Below are positions 55,721-64,000 of a stretch of 64,000 bases of DNA, in pieces. The DNA is from Capsulimonadaceae bacterium (GTDB taxonomy: Bacteria; Armatimonadota; Armatimonadia; Armatimonadales; Capsulimonadaceae). Within the stretch, counting starts at the first letter, position 1; every line of letters begins with the position of its first letter. Below the pieces are notes generated by a model. It had not been told where the DNA came from. It saw only the letters and a list, made by a program, of their open reading frames with translations, and did not search any database. The DNA lies in the NCBI GenBank assembly GCA_965215505.1, contig OZ244065.1, positions 2,752,001 through 2,816,000 of the forward strand, written 5' to 3'. Made by a program: the position numbers and the translations under genes.

Positions 55721-57984
55721 ACCAATTAGACATCGAGGCCTTGGAATATCATCGTAAAGCGCCCCACGGCAAATTGGAAATCGTACCGACCAAGGCTTGT
55801 TTCACGCAGCATGATCTCGCCCTCGCCTACACCCCCGGCGTCGCCGCGCCCTGCCGCGCCATACAGCAGAACCCGGAGGATGCCTTTCTCTATACGGGGC
55901 GCGGCAACCTGGTGGCGGTCATCACGAACGGGACCGCCGTGCTCGGCCTGGGCAACATCGGTGCGCTCGCCAGCAAACCGGTGATGGAGGGGAAAGCCCT
56001 CCTCTTCAAGCGGTTCGCCGACCTGGACTCGATTGATCTGGAACTGGACACGCAGGACCCGGAACAGTTCATTCAGGCCGTCCGGCTGATGGAGCCGAGC
56101 TTCGGCGGCATCAACCTCGAAGACATCAAAGCACCGGAATGCTTTGAGATCGAAGAGCGGCTCCGCCAGGCGATGAACATTCCCGTCTTCCATGACGACC
56201 AGCATGGAACGGCGATCATCTCCGGGGCGGCCCTCCTCAATGCGCTTGAACTGGTCGGCAAGCGCATCGAAGACGTGAAGATCGTCTTCAGCGGGGCCGG
56301 GGCAGCCGCGATCGCATCGGCGCGTTATTACCGGGTGCTGGGGGCACAGCGCCGGAACATCCTGATGGCGGATATTCACGGCGTAGTCCGACCGGACCGG
56401 CAGCCGGCCCCCGACCCGGCACAGGCGGAGTTCGCATCGGAAACGGCCTGCCGCACGCTGGCGGATGCCCTGGTCGGGGCGGATGTCTTCATCGGCCTGT
56501 CGGCGGGGGGGATCGTCTCTCCCGAGATGGTCGCGCCGATGGCCCCGAAGCCGATCATCTTTGCCTTAGCCAACCCCGATGCCGAGATCGGTTACCTGGA
56601 AGCGAAGACAGCCCGGCCGGATGCGATCGTCGCGACCGGACGCTCGGACTTTCCCAATCAGGTCAACAACGTGCTCGGCTTCCCGTTTCTTTTCCGGGGC
56701 GCACTGGACGCGCGAGCGACCGAGATCAACGAGGCGATGAAGATCGCGGCTTCACGCGCTTTGGCCGCCCTGGCACGGGAGGATGTACCCGACGCGGTCG
56801 CCAAGGCGTATGGCCTGGACACGCTCCGCTTCGGCCCGGACTACCTCATCCCGAAACCGCTCGACCCGCGCGTGCTGCTCTGGGTCGCGCCCGCCGTGGC
56901 GCAGGCGGCCATGGAGTCCGGCGTGGCCCGTGTGCAGATTGACATGGAGAAGTATCCCGAACAGCTCGAAGCTCGGCTCGGCAAATCGCGCGAGATGATG
57001 CGGATCGTCTTCAACAAGGCCAAGAGCGATCCCAGGCGGGTCGTGCTGTCTGAAGGTGAGCAGGAGAAGATGATTCGGGCGGCGTACCAACTGGCAGAAG
57101 AGCGGATCGCCCGGCCGATCCTGCTGGGAAACGCGCAGGTCATCGCAGCCAAGGCCGCCGCCATGCTGCTGGACCTGAAGGGGGTTCAGGTCCTCGACCC
57201 GGCCCTCTCGGACCGGCACGAGGACTACCTCGAACACCTGCTGACTCTGCGGGAGCGCAAGGGGGTGACGCGCCGCGAAGCCGAAGAGCTGATCCAGCGC
57301 CCCGACTATTTCGCTTCCGTCATGGTTGACCTGGATGAAGCCGACGGCATGGTTTCGGGTCTCAGCTCCCACTACTCCGAGGGGCTGCGGCCACCGCTGC
57401 AAATCATCCGCGCCGCTTCGGGCGGGCACAACGTCGCGGGCGTCTACCTGGTCGCCACGCGCCACAAAGTGCTCTTCTTCGCGGACACGACGGTCAACAT
57501 TGATCCCGACCCCGAGACGCTGGTCGAGATCGCCCTCCTCACCGCCCGCCTCGCGCAGAGCTTCGAGATCAAGCCCCGGATCGCCATGCTGAGTTTCTCG
57601 AACTTCGGCAGCGTCCGGCATCCGCGCGCCGACAAGATGCGCCGGGCTGCCGAGATCCTGGCCGCCCGCGCCCCGGACCTGCATGTGGACGGCGAGGTCC
57701 AGGCCAACACGGCTCTCGTGGCCGAGATACTGAACGGGACTTATCCTTTCAACCGTCTCGGGGCCGAAGCGAACATATTAATCTTCCCGAGCCTGGAAGC
57801 CGGTAACATCGGCTACAAGCTGGTGCAGCAACTGGCCCAGGCCGAAGTGATCGGCCCCATCCTGGTCGGGATGCGGAAGCCCGTCCATGTGCTTCAGCGC
57901 GGCGACGAGGTCAAAGACATCGTCAACCTCGCAGCCCTAGCCGTGCTCGAAGCCCAGAAGCGGCATCTGACGGCCCCAAGTTAA
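55717..57984 (+). CDS. maeB: NADP-dependent malic enzyme fused to phosphotransacetylase-like domain
   Basis: [45 protein letters not shown]-terminal SFSNFGS, GNIGYKL. Confidence 0.96.
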   Translation: MNQLDIEALEYHRKAPHGKLEIVPTKACFTQHDLALAYTPGVAAPCRAIQQNPEDAFLYTGRGNLVAVITNGTAVLGLGNIGALASKPVMEGKALLFKRFADLDSIDLELDTQDPEQFIQAVRLMEPSFGGINLEDIKAPECFEIEERLRQAMNIPVFHDDQHGTAIISGAALLNALELVGKRIEDVKIVFSGAGAAAIASARYYRVLGAQRRNILMADIHGVVRPDRQPAPDPAQAEFASETACRTLADALVGADVFIGLSAGGIVSPEMVAPMAPKPIIFALANPDAEIGYLEAKTARPDAIVATGRSDFPNQVNNVLGFPFLFRGALDARATEINEAMKIAASRALAALAREDVPDAVAKAYGLDTLRFGPDYLIPKPLDPRVLLWVAPAVAQAAMESGVARVQIDMEKYPEQLEARLGKSREMMRIVFNKAKSDPRRVVLSEGEQEKMIRAAYQLAEERIARPILLGNAQVIAAKAAAMLLDLKGVQVLDPALSDRHEDYLEHLLTLRERKGVTRREAEELIQRPDYFASVMVDLDEADGMVSGLSSHYSEGLRPPLQIIRAASGGHNVAGVYLVATRHKVLFFADTTVNIDPDPETLVEIALLTARLAQSFEIKPRIAMLSFSNFGSVRHPRADKMRRAAEILAARAPDLHVDGEVQANTALVAEILNGTYPFNRLGAEANILIFPSLEAGNIGYKLVQQLAQAEVIGPILVGMRKPVHVLQRGDEVKDIVNLAALAVLEAQKRHLTAPS

Positions 57985-58030
57985 TTCCGAGTTGACGAAC
58001 GTAAGGGACTGGGGGGCGTCAAGGTCCTGC

Positions 58031-58150
58031 TTACGGACCCTCGCGCTTCCCAAGAATGGCATCCACTTGCGCCAGATCTGCGTCGGTCAAAGGCCAATCC
58101 GCCCGCGCTTTCGTTTGAGGCTTACGGCTTCCGCCTGTTCCGGTGCAGAG
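58031..58150 (-). pseudogene. Possible C-terminal remnant of an aldo/keto reductase
   Basis: Minus strand reads ...ARADWPLTDADLAQVDAILGKREGP*. Confidence 0.4.
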
Positions 58151-58163
58151 CCGATAGTCTCCT

Positions 58164-59243
58164 CTAGACCGTCGGCTGAAGGCCAGGAACATAGTGGCCT
58201 GCCACGCCCCGCGCGATCTGCGCCGGGTCTGAGGGGGCGACGTTCGTCAGCACGATCACGGCGAGATCATCCTGTGGGAAACGCTCCGCGTGGGTCATGA
58301 AGCCGGGGATACCCCCACTGTGGCCTACAAAAGGATGCCCCTGGTAGTCGCCCATAGCCCACCCGAACCCGTAGCCGGTCTTGGTCCCGTCGGTCAGCGT
58401 CGCCGGTGTCCACATCATCTCCCATGCGGCATCAGGCAGCAGGCTTTCGCTGCCCAGCGCGGCATCCCAGCGCGCGAGGTCAAGCGTCGTGGAAACCAGC
58501 GCCCCCGCCGAAAAGGGCCAGGTCATGGAGATGTGGCGGGCGTTCCACAACCGGTCCTCACCCCACACATAGCCGCAGGCGCGGTGCGGGATGATGTCAT
58601 CCATGTCATTGAGGCGGGTGGCCTCCATCTTCAAGGGGGCGAAGATGCGCTCCCGGAGGAAGTCCGCGTAGGGCCGGCCACTCGCCCACTCGATGACATG
58701 CCCCAGCAGATAGTAGCCGGTGTTGTTGTAGGCGTACCGCTCGCCGGGCGCAAACTCCAACGGCTCCTCGGCGATGAGGGCCAGAACTTCGTCCCGTGAG
58801 GCCGGCAGGAACGTCAGGCGGGCCATGACATCGGGAATGCCCGTGAAACTTTTGATGCCCGAGGTGTGGTCCAGCAGGTGCCGCACCGTCACGCCTGCCC
58901 AGGCGTCGGGCAAGCCCTCTAGGGCGTGGGTGACGCTCTCTTCCAATCCGACCTTGCCCTCCTCCACGAGCATCATGACGGCGGTGGCCGTGAATTGCTT
59001 GGTGATGGAACCGATCTGGAACACGGTTTCGGACGTGACCGGGACGTCCAGTTCCAGACTGGCCGAGCCGTATCCCCTTGCATGGATGACCGCACCTCCA
59101 TGGGCGACGGCCAGCGACAGGCCGGGGATGTGCTGGCCCTCCATCTGACCGGCGATGAACCGGTCCACGGCCTCTTCGGCGTCCTCTTGAGACACAGGGG
59201 GTTGAGACATGGAAGGGGTATGTTCCTCATCGTACAGGGGCAT
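58164..59243 (-). CDS. Serine hydrolase (beta-lactamase/AmpC-like family); start uncertain
   Basis: SITK (SxxK), LLDHTSG, YNN (YxN), HSG. Confidence 0.9.
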   Translation of the reverse strand: MPLYDEEHTPSMSQPPVSQEDAEEAVDRFIAGQMEGQHIPGLSLAVAHGGAVIHARGYGSASLELDVPVTSETVFQIGSITKQFTATAVMMLVEEGKVGLEESVTHALEGLPDAWAGVTVRHLLDHTSGIKSFTGIPDVMARLTFLPASRDEVLALIAEEPLEFAPGERYAYNNTGYYLLGHVIEWASGRPYADFLRERIFAPLKMEATRLNDMDDIIPHRACGYVWGEDRLWNARHISMTWPFSAGALVSTTLDLARWDAALGSESLLPDAAWEMMWTPATLTDGTKTGYGFGWAMGDYQGHPFVGHSGGIPGFMTHAERFPQDDLAVIVLTNVAPSDPAQIARGVAGHYVPGLQPTV

Positions 59244-59510
59244 GGCGTTAGAGAGGGCAGGAACGCCGCTGAGTCTGCGGGCGCAGAGGGATGCTGACGG
59301 TGGGGCGAGATCCGTCGGATTAAGTCTGTGCTTTTGGATCAGCGCGATGCTGCTCGCCCCCCGATGATGGCACACGAGAGCGAGTGGTTTTCGGGACAGG
59401 TCCCCTCCGCCACCAAGACTCGGCAGGTGTCTTCAGCAGTGGTAGAAGGGTCGTACTCCCATCCCATCACGTCGAACTGCCGGGCGGCGATTTCTTGGGC
59501 TTTCCCTCCG

Positions 59511-59546
59511 AAAAAGGCGGCCCCGGCGGATGCTGGGGCCGCCTTT
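59511..59546 (-). terminator. Rho-independent terminator after ftsZ
   Basis: AAAGGCGGCCCC..GGGGCCGCCTTT hairpin with T-run on the minus strand. Confidence 0.8.
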
Positions 59547-59556
59547 CAGCCGCTGC

Positions 59557-60675
59557 CTATCGCCGCCGCAGGAAGGCGGGGATGTCCACGTCGTTGTCGG
59601 CGGGCTGGCGCTGGGTGACGGGGGCCGGCTCGGGGGCGGCGACCGCCTCGGCCCCGCCCTGACCGCCGCGCGTGCTGGCGGCCATGACGGTCCGGGCGGG
59701 CGCGGGGACGGTGGGGCGCTGGTCGAAGCCGGTGGCGAGGACGGTGATGCGGACCTCGTCCACCAGCTTGGGGTCCTGGACGATGCCGAAGATGATGTTG
59801 GCGTCCTCGGCGTCGGTCGCCTGCTGGATCAGCTCGGTCGCCTCGTGGACTTCCGCCAGGGTCATGTCCGGGCCGCCGGTGATGTTGATCAGGGCCGCCC
59901 GCGCGCCCTCGATGCTGGTTTCCAGCAGCGGCGAGGCGATGGCGGCCTGGGCGGCGTCCACGGCCCGGTGGTCGCCCGAAGCGACGCCGATCCCCATGAG
60001 GGCCGTCCCGGCGTTCAGCATGATGGCGCGGACGTCGGCGAAGTCCACGTTGATGATGCCCGGTATGGTGATGATGTCCGAGATGCCCTGGACGCCCTGC
60101 CGCAGCACGTCATCGGCCTCCTTGAAGGCTTCCACGAGGGTCGCGCGCTTCTCGACGACGCCCAGCAGGCGGTCGTTCGGGATGATGATGACCGTGTCCA
60201 CCTTGTCCTTGAGGTTGTCCACGCCCTCATCGGCCAGCCGGGAGCGGCGCGGGCCTTCGAACTTAAACGGCTTGGTGACGACCGCGACGGTCAGTATCCC
60301 CAGGTCCTTGGCGATCTCGGCGATGACCGGCGCGGAGCCTGTGCCGGTGCCGCCGCCCATGCCCGCCGTGATGAACACCATGTCCGCGCCTTCCAGGGCC
60401 TTCTTGATGTCGCTCTTGGACTCCTCGGCGGCGGACCGGCCCACTTCGGGGTTGCCGCCCGCGCCCAGGCCGCGCGTCAGGTTCTCGCCGAGTTGGAGTT
60501 TATAGTCGGCAGCCGAAATGTCCAAGACCTGGATGTCGGTGTTCATCGCGATGAACTCCACCCCGGTCAGGCCCGCCTCGATCATGCGGTTGACGGCGTT
60601 CGTGCCGCCGCCGCCGCAGCCGATCACTTTGATTTTGGCGAAGGGCGCCAGGTCGTCTCGTATTCCGAGTGCCAT
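59557..60675 (-). CDS. ftsZ: Cell division protein FtsZ
   Basis: [25 protein letters not shown]-terminal DIPAFLRR. Confidence 0.99.
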   Translation of the reverse strand: MALGIRDDLAPFAKIKVIGCGGGGTNAVNRMIEAGLTGVEFIAMNTDIQVLDISAADYKLQLGENLTRGLGAGGNPEVGRSAAEESKSDIKKALEGADMVFITAGMGGGTGTGSAPVIAEIAKDLGILTVAVVTKPFKFEGPRRSRLADEGVDNLKDKVDTVIIIPNDRLLGVVEKRATLVEAFKEADDVLRQGVQGISDIITIPGIINVDFADVRAIMLNAGTALMGIGVASGDHRAVDAAQAAIASPLLETSIEGARAALINITGGPDMTLAEVHEATELIQQATDAEDANIIFGIVQDPKLVDEVRITVLATGFDQRPTVPAPARTVMAASTRGGQGGAEAVAAPEPAPVTQRQPADNDVDIPAFLRRR

Positions 60676-60896
60676 GTGAAGTTCGTCTCCCTTAAAAAAG
60701 CGTCTAAAATGTCGTTAATTCTGTTTAGCGTGAAGGTGCTGTTTACTGCTGTACGCAAGCCGCGCCCATAAAGTTCTCGGCAAAGTTCTTGGTAGTCTCA
60801 GGCGACAAGACCCCTCTGTCGTGACGCTTCCAGTTCCCCGTGGTCACTGATTCCCCTACGCCTCTATGATGTGGGCGGAGAAGCGCTGGAACTCCC

Positions 60897-61349
60897 CTAT
60901 CGCTCGTCCCAGCGCGCGATAGGTTTGTAAGCCTGATGCACTTCCTTTTCCGCCTGTTCAGCATCCTGAAACTCAGACGCCGCTTTTTCCTGCTCTTCCC
61001 TGTTCGTTGCTTTGCCAAAAGCATCCACCGCTTTAATTTTGCGCTGCATGGCTTGGATGACTCGTTCGTAAGCCGCTTGCCGGAGCGGGTTCTTTGCCGG
61101 CACTAAAAATAGAGGCGGTTGAGGCTGAGGCTTACGGTCATTCCAGGTGTCTTCCAGTTGCTGAAGCTTCAAAGCATTGTCATAAGCATCAGTGACATCT
61201 TCGATATATGTTGGCAGATAAAGCCAGCCGCTTTGGAGTTTCGCCTCATCCGTTGACAGCGACACGCGCAAGCCAAGTTTCTCGGCCTGAACACGCAGCC
61301 ACTCGTAAACTTCCTCTAGGCTATTAGTAGGAACTGCGACTGACATCAT
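60897..61349 (-). CDS. Hypothetical protein, partner of HEPN gene
   Basis: ATGA overlap with HEPN stop; lower GC. Confidence 0.7.
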   Translation of the reverse strand: MMSVAVPTNSLEEVYEWLRVQAEKLGLRVSLSTDEAKLQSGWLYLPTYIEDVTDAYDNALKLQQLEDTWNDRKPQPQPPLFLVPAKNPLRQAAYERVIQAMQRKIKAVDAFGKATNREEQEKAASEFQDAEQAEKEVHQAYKPIARWDER

Positions 61350-61750
61350 ATTTTATCCTGCGGCAAAACGTCTCCAACCAGTTTGTGGATGAAACGAGTA
61401 CCCTTCAGCGAAACCACGAGTTTGGATTCTTCCACATCCGCATTTCCGATGTAGTCCGCGACGAGACGCAGTTCATAGGCTGCTCTCAGTCTCAGAGCTA
61501 TGTCTTTACAAGCGTCGCTTTTCAGAAGCCGATTAGGTATCTCTCTCACAAGGTCGGGAGTCGCTTCATGGCTCCAAGCCTCACGATCGGCGGGCGGTAT
61601 TAATCCTTGATAGAGCAGAAGGGCCGTCACCGCTTGATAAGCAGCATAGTAGTTACGACTGGCACTGGAACGGGCATCCGTCTATTCCAGAGATTGTGCG
61701 GCGATTAAAGACCCCCGCGCCATTCGCCACCACCTCTCCCATGCCTCCAT
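61346..61750 (-). pseudogene. HEPN-domain gene interrupted by in-frame TAG at codon 23
   Basis: MEAWERWWRMARGSLIAAQSLE*TDARSSASRNYYAAYQAV...SH...YELRLVADY; TAG at 61682-61684. Confidence 0.8.
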
Positions 61751-61774
61751 GCTCTAGCCCCCTTGTTCCCCGTC

Positions 61775-63010
61775 TCACTGCCCGGCGGCGCGGGCCATGA
61801 TGCGGGCGAAGAAGCGCTGGAGCTTGCCGATCAAAGAGTTCTCGTTTTGGCCCTGGTGCGACGAGTGGTGGTTCCGTGCCCCGTACTGGACTAGGCCGAT
61901 GGCGGTCGCGTAGACCGGCGAGCGCAGGTCGTTCGAGATGCCGCCGACGTCGCGCGGGCTGCCGACGCGGGTGGGCATCCCGGTCACCTGCTGGCACAAC
62001 TCCGCCGCCCCCGCGAGCTGTGACCCGCCGCCCGACAGCACGATGCCGGCGGGGAGCAGGTTGTGGTAGCCCGACTTCAGAATCTCCTGCCGGACCATCA
62101 GGAACAGCTCGTGCATGCGCGGCTCGACGATCTCGGCCAGGATGCGGCGCGGCAGCAGGCGCGGCTCGTCGCTGCCCAGGCTCAGGACCTCGAACAGCGC
62201 GTCGGGTTCCATCAGGCTCACCGAAGCCGCCGACTGCTCGCGCTTGACCCGCTCGGACTCGTCGTGCGAGGCGCGCAGGCCGACGCTGATGTCGTGGGTG
62301 ACATGGTTGCCGCCCACCGGGATGGCCGACGAGTAGTAGATGTCACCGTCCACGAAGACGGCGATGTCGGTCGTCCCGCCGCCGATGTCGGCGATGCAGA
62401 CGCCCAGCATCTTCTCGTCCTGGAGCAGCACGGCCTCGGCCGTCGCGATCGGCTCCAGCACGGTGGCCTCGATGCTCAGACCCGCCTTGTGGACGCACTT
62501 GGCGACGTTCTGCAAGAAGGTGACGGCCCCGGTGACGATGTGCATCTCGACTTCGAGCCGCGTCCCGGACATCCCGACCGGGAAGCGGATGCCGCCCTGG
62601 CCGTCTATCGAATACGAGCGCGGGATGGCGTGGATGATCTCGCGGTCGGGCGGCAGGACGATGACGCGGCTCTGGTCCTGGACGCGGGTGACGTCGTCGT
62701 CGGTGATCTCGCGGCTGGCATGGGTGATGGCGACCACGCCGCGCGAGTTGAGCGAGGCGACGTGCTCGCCGGTCACGCCGACGATGACCCGGTGGATCTC
62801 GTAGCCGGACATGGCGCGCGCCTTCTCAACGCTGTCAATGATGGCCTGGGCGGCGCTGTCAATGTCAATGACGACTCCCTTGCGGATGCCGCCGGAGAGG
62901 CTGTTGCCGACGCCCACGATGTTGATGCGGCCCGGCTCTTCGATCTCGGCGACCACGGTACACACCTTGGTCGTCCCGATGTCTAGGCCCACCACGCAGT
63001 CCCTTGCCAC
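61775..63010 (-). CDS. ftsA: Cell division protein FtsA
   Basis: GGAG RBS and GTG; GLDIGTTKV, DIGGGTT, GGNHVT.DI, GIVLSGGG, YATAIGL. Confidence 0.98.
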   Translation of the reverse strand: MARDCVVGLDIGTTKVCTVVAEIEEPGRINIVGVGNSLSGGIRKGVVIDIDSAAQAIIDSVEKARAMSGYEIHRVIVGVTGEHVASLNSRGVVAITHASREITDDDVTRVQDQSRVIVLPPDREIIHAIPRSYSIDGQGGIRFPVGMSGTRLEVEMHIVTGAVTFLQNVAKCVHKAGLSIEATVLEPIATAEAVLLQDEKMLGVCIADIGGGTTDIAVFVDGDIYYSSAIPVGGNHVTHDISVGLRASHDESERVKREQSAASVSLMEPDALFEVLSLGSDEPRLLPRRILAEIVEPRMHELFLMVRQEILKSGYHNLLPAGIVLSGGGSQLAGAAELCQQVTGMPTRVGSPRDVGGISNDLRSPVYATAIGLVQYGARNHHSSHQGQNENSLIGKLQRFFARIMARAAGQ

Positions 63011-63065
63011 CTCCGATGCTCCCCTCGTCTTTGACGCGCCCTTTAGAGTTGCCAAGTCGGACTTG

Positions 63066-63482
63066 CTAAGGCTGCGCCTGCTCTTCCAGCGACTCGCGCC
63101 GCGGGAGCGGCGGGGCGGCCAGCGGCCCCGCCCCGTTCCGCTTCCCGCCGCGCCCCTCCAGCCACTGCCGCCGGATGATGGACAGGTTGACGAAGATACG
63201 CCCGCCCAACGCCACCACGGCCGCAAGCCCCAGCGGCTGCCCCATCAGGTCGCCCAGATACGCCAGGAACGCGGCCAGCAACGTGTTCGTCAGGAAGCCC
63301 GAGATGAAGACGTCGCTCTTGAACTTGCCTTCCGTCCCCGCCCGCACCCCGCCGATCAGCGAATCCATCCCGGCCAGGGCCGCGAGCGACAGGTACTGCG
63401 CGTACTGCGTCGGGAGTGTCGCCCCCGAAAAATAAACGAGCGTGAAGCCCAAAGCCCCCGCCAGCAGCGCAAACCAGGCCAT
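63066..63482 (-). CDS. sbp: Small basic protein (DUF1290/Sbp)
   Basis: YLSLAALAGMDSLIGGVRA, FISGF..N.LLA, RIFVNLSIIRR; position between DUF881 and ftsA. Confidence 0.88.
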   Translation of the reverse strand: MAWFALLAGALGFTLVYFSGATLPTQYAQYLSLAALAGMDSLIGGVRAGTEGKFKSDVFISGFLTNTLLAAFLAYLGDLMGQPLGLAAVVALGGRIFVNLSIIRRQWLEGRGGKRNGAGPLAAPPLPRRESLEEQAQP

Positions 63483-63491
63483 GTGACTGCC

Positions 63492-64000
63492 TTACTTTCC
63501 GGTCTTGTCCGGGACACTCGCCACGGCCGTGGTAGCCGGGACGGCATACTTCGGCTCGATGCCACCGGAATACGCCGGGATCAGCAACGGCTTGGCCGAC
63601 TTCTCCACCTTGAACATGCCTTTATCTATGTTGTGCAGCTGCTCGCCGATGCCGCCGGGCAGGTTCAGCGCGGTCGCCAGGACCTTCGGGTTGCCGATCG
63701 CTTTGATGATGTAAGGGGGCGTCTGCGGCTCCTGATTGACGAACACAGTTGGGCCGGCACACCGGATTGCGCTGGTGGAGATGAGGCGCTGATCGTTGAT
63801 GCAGACGGCCTCCGCCTTGGCGGCCTTCAGCTCGTTGACTACTTGGATGATGTCTGTGTCATGGACAAGGTTTGAGGGCGGCATGCCCGGCGGCATCTGC
63901 GATGTCGGGAAAGGCAGTTTACTATCGTTGAGAGTTACGATGACGCCTGGCCCCTTCACATCGGTCAAGCCCGCCAGAAACTGTGCCTTCACCAATTCCT
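63492..64000 (-). CDS. DUF881-family protein (partial at window edge)
   Basis: AGLTDVKGPGVIVTLND, VHDTDI..VVNEL.AA.AEA, INDQR, IRCAG, PYIIKAIG. Confidence 0.92.
   Translation of the reverse strand, partial: ELVKAQFLAGLTDVKGPGVIVTLNDSKLPFPTSQMPPGMPPSNLVHDTDIIQVVNELKAAKAEAVCINDQRLISTSAIRCAGPTVFVNQEPQTPPYIIKAIGNPKVLATALNLPGGIGEQLHNIDKGMFKVEKSAKPLLIPAYSGGIEPKYAVPATTAVASVPDKTGK

Noticed and set aside
59320-59462. 46-aa minus-strand ORF (MEYDPSTT...)
   Set aside because: No clear RBS or motif; cannot be supported as a gene

Overview
High-GC bacterial chromosomal window. A PEP-CTERM protein together with the DUF881-sbp-ftsA-ftsZ gene order suggests Armatimonadota (inference only). Core genes are ftsZ, ftsA, prs, hisD, hisB, hisH, maeB, an aldehyde dehydrogenase with DUF779, a cold-shock protein and an OppD-type ATPase. 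They are interleaved with secreted hydrolases (aspartyl proteases, S53 peptidase, GH9, GH43+ricin, GH13), a RES-Xre toxin-antitoxin pair, an orphan adenine methyltransferase, a PEP-CTERM/DUF4331/2xTPR operon and a degenerate IS200-type element. Nearly every intergenic gap holds one of at least six families of palindromic REP/MITE-like repeats. The best candidate for an undescribed system is 16.0-20.4 kb: a GAF-LuxR regulator with paired operator-like palindromes, a signal-peptide-bearing tail-spike-like protein, and two unrelated peptidoglycan hydrolases (M23 and GH73-like) that end in the same 71-aa C-terminal module. Other notable items: an amber-interrupted HEPN gene pair inserted between ftsA and ftsZ, an ECF sigma fused to a pseudokinase-like domain, three tandem membrane coiled-coil paralogues, AT-rich patches inside hisD and several apparently leaderless genes. 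No rRNA, tRNA or CRISPR array was seen. All family assignments come from motif recognition by eye, not from database searches.
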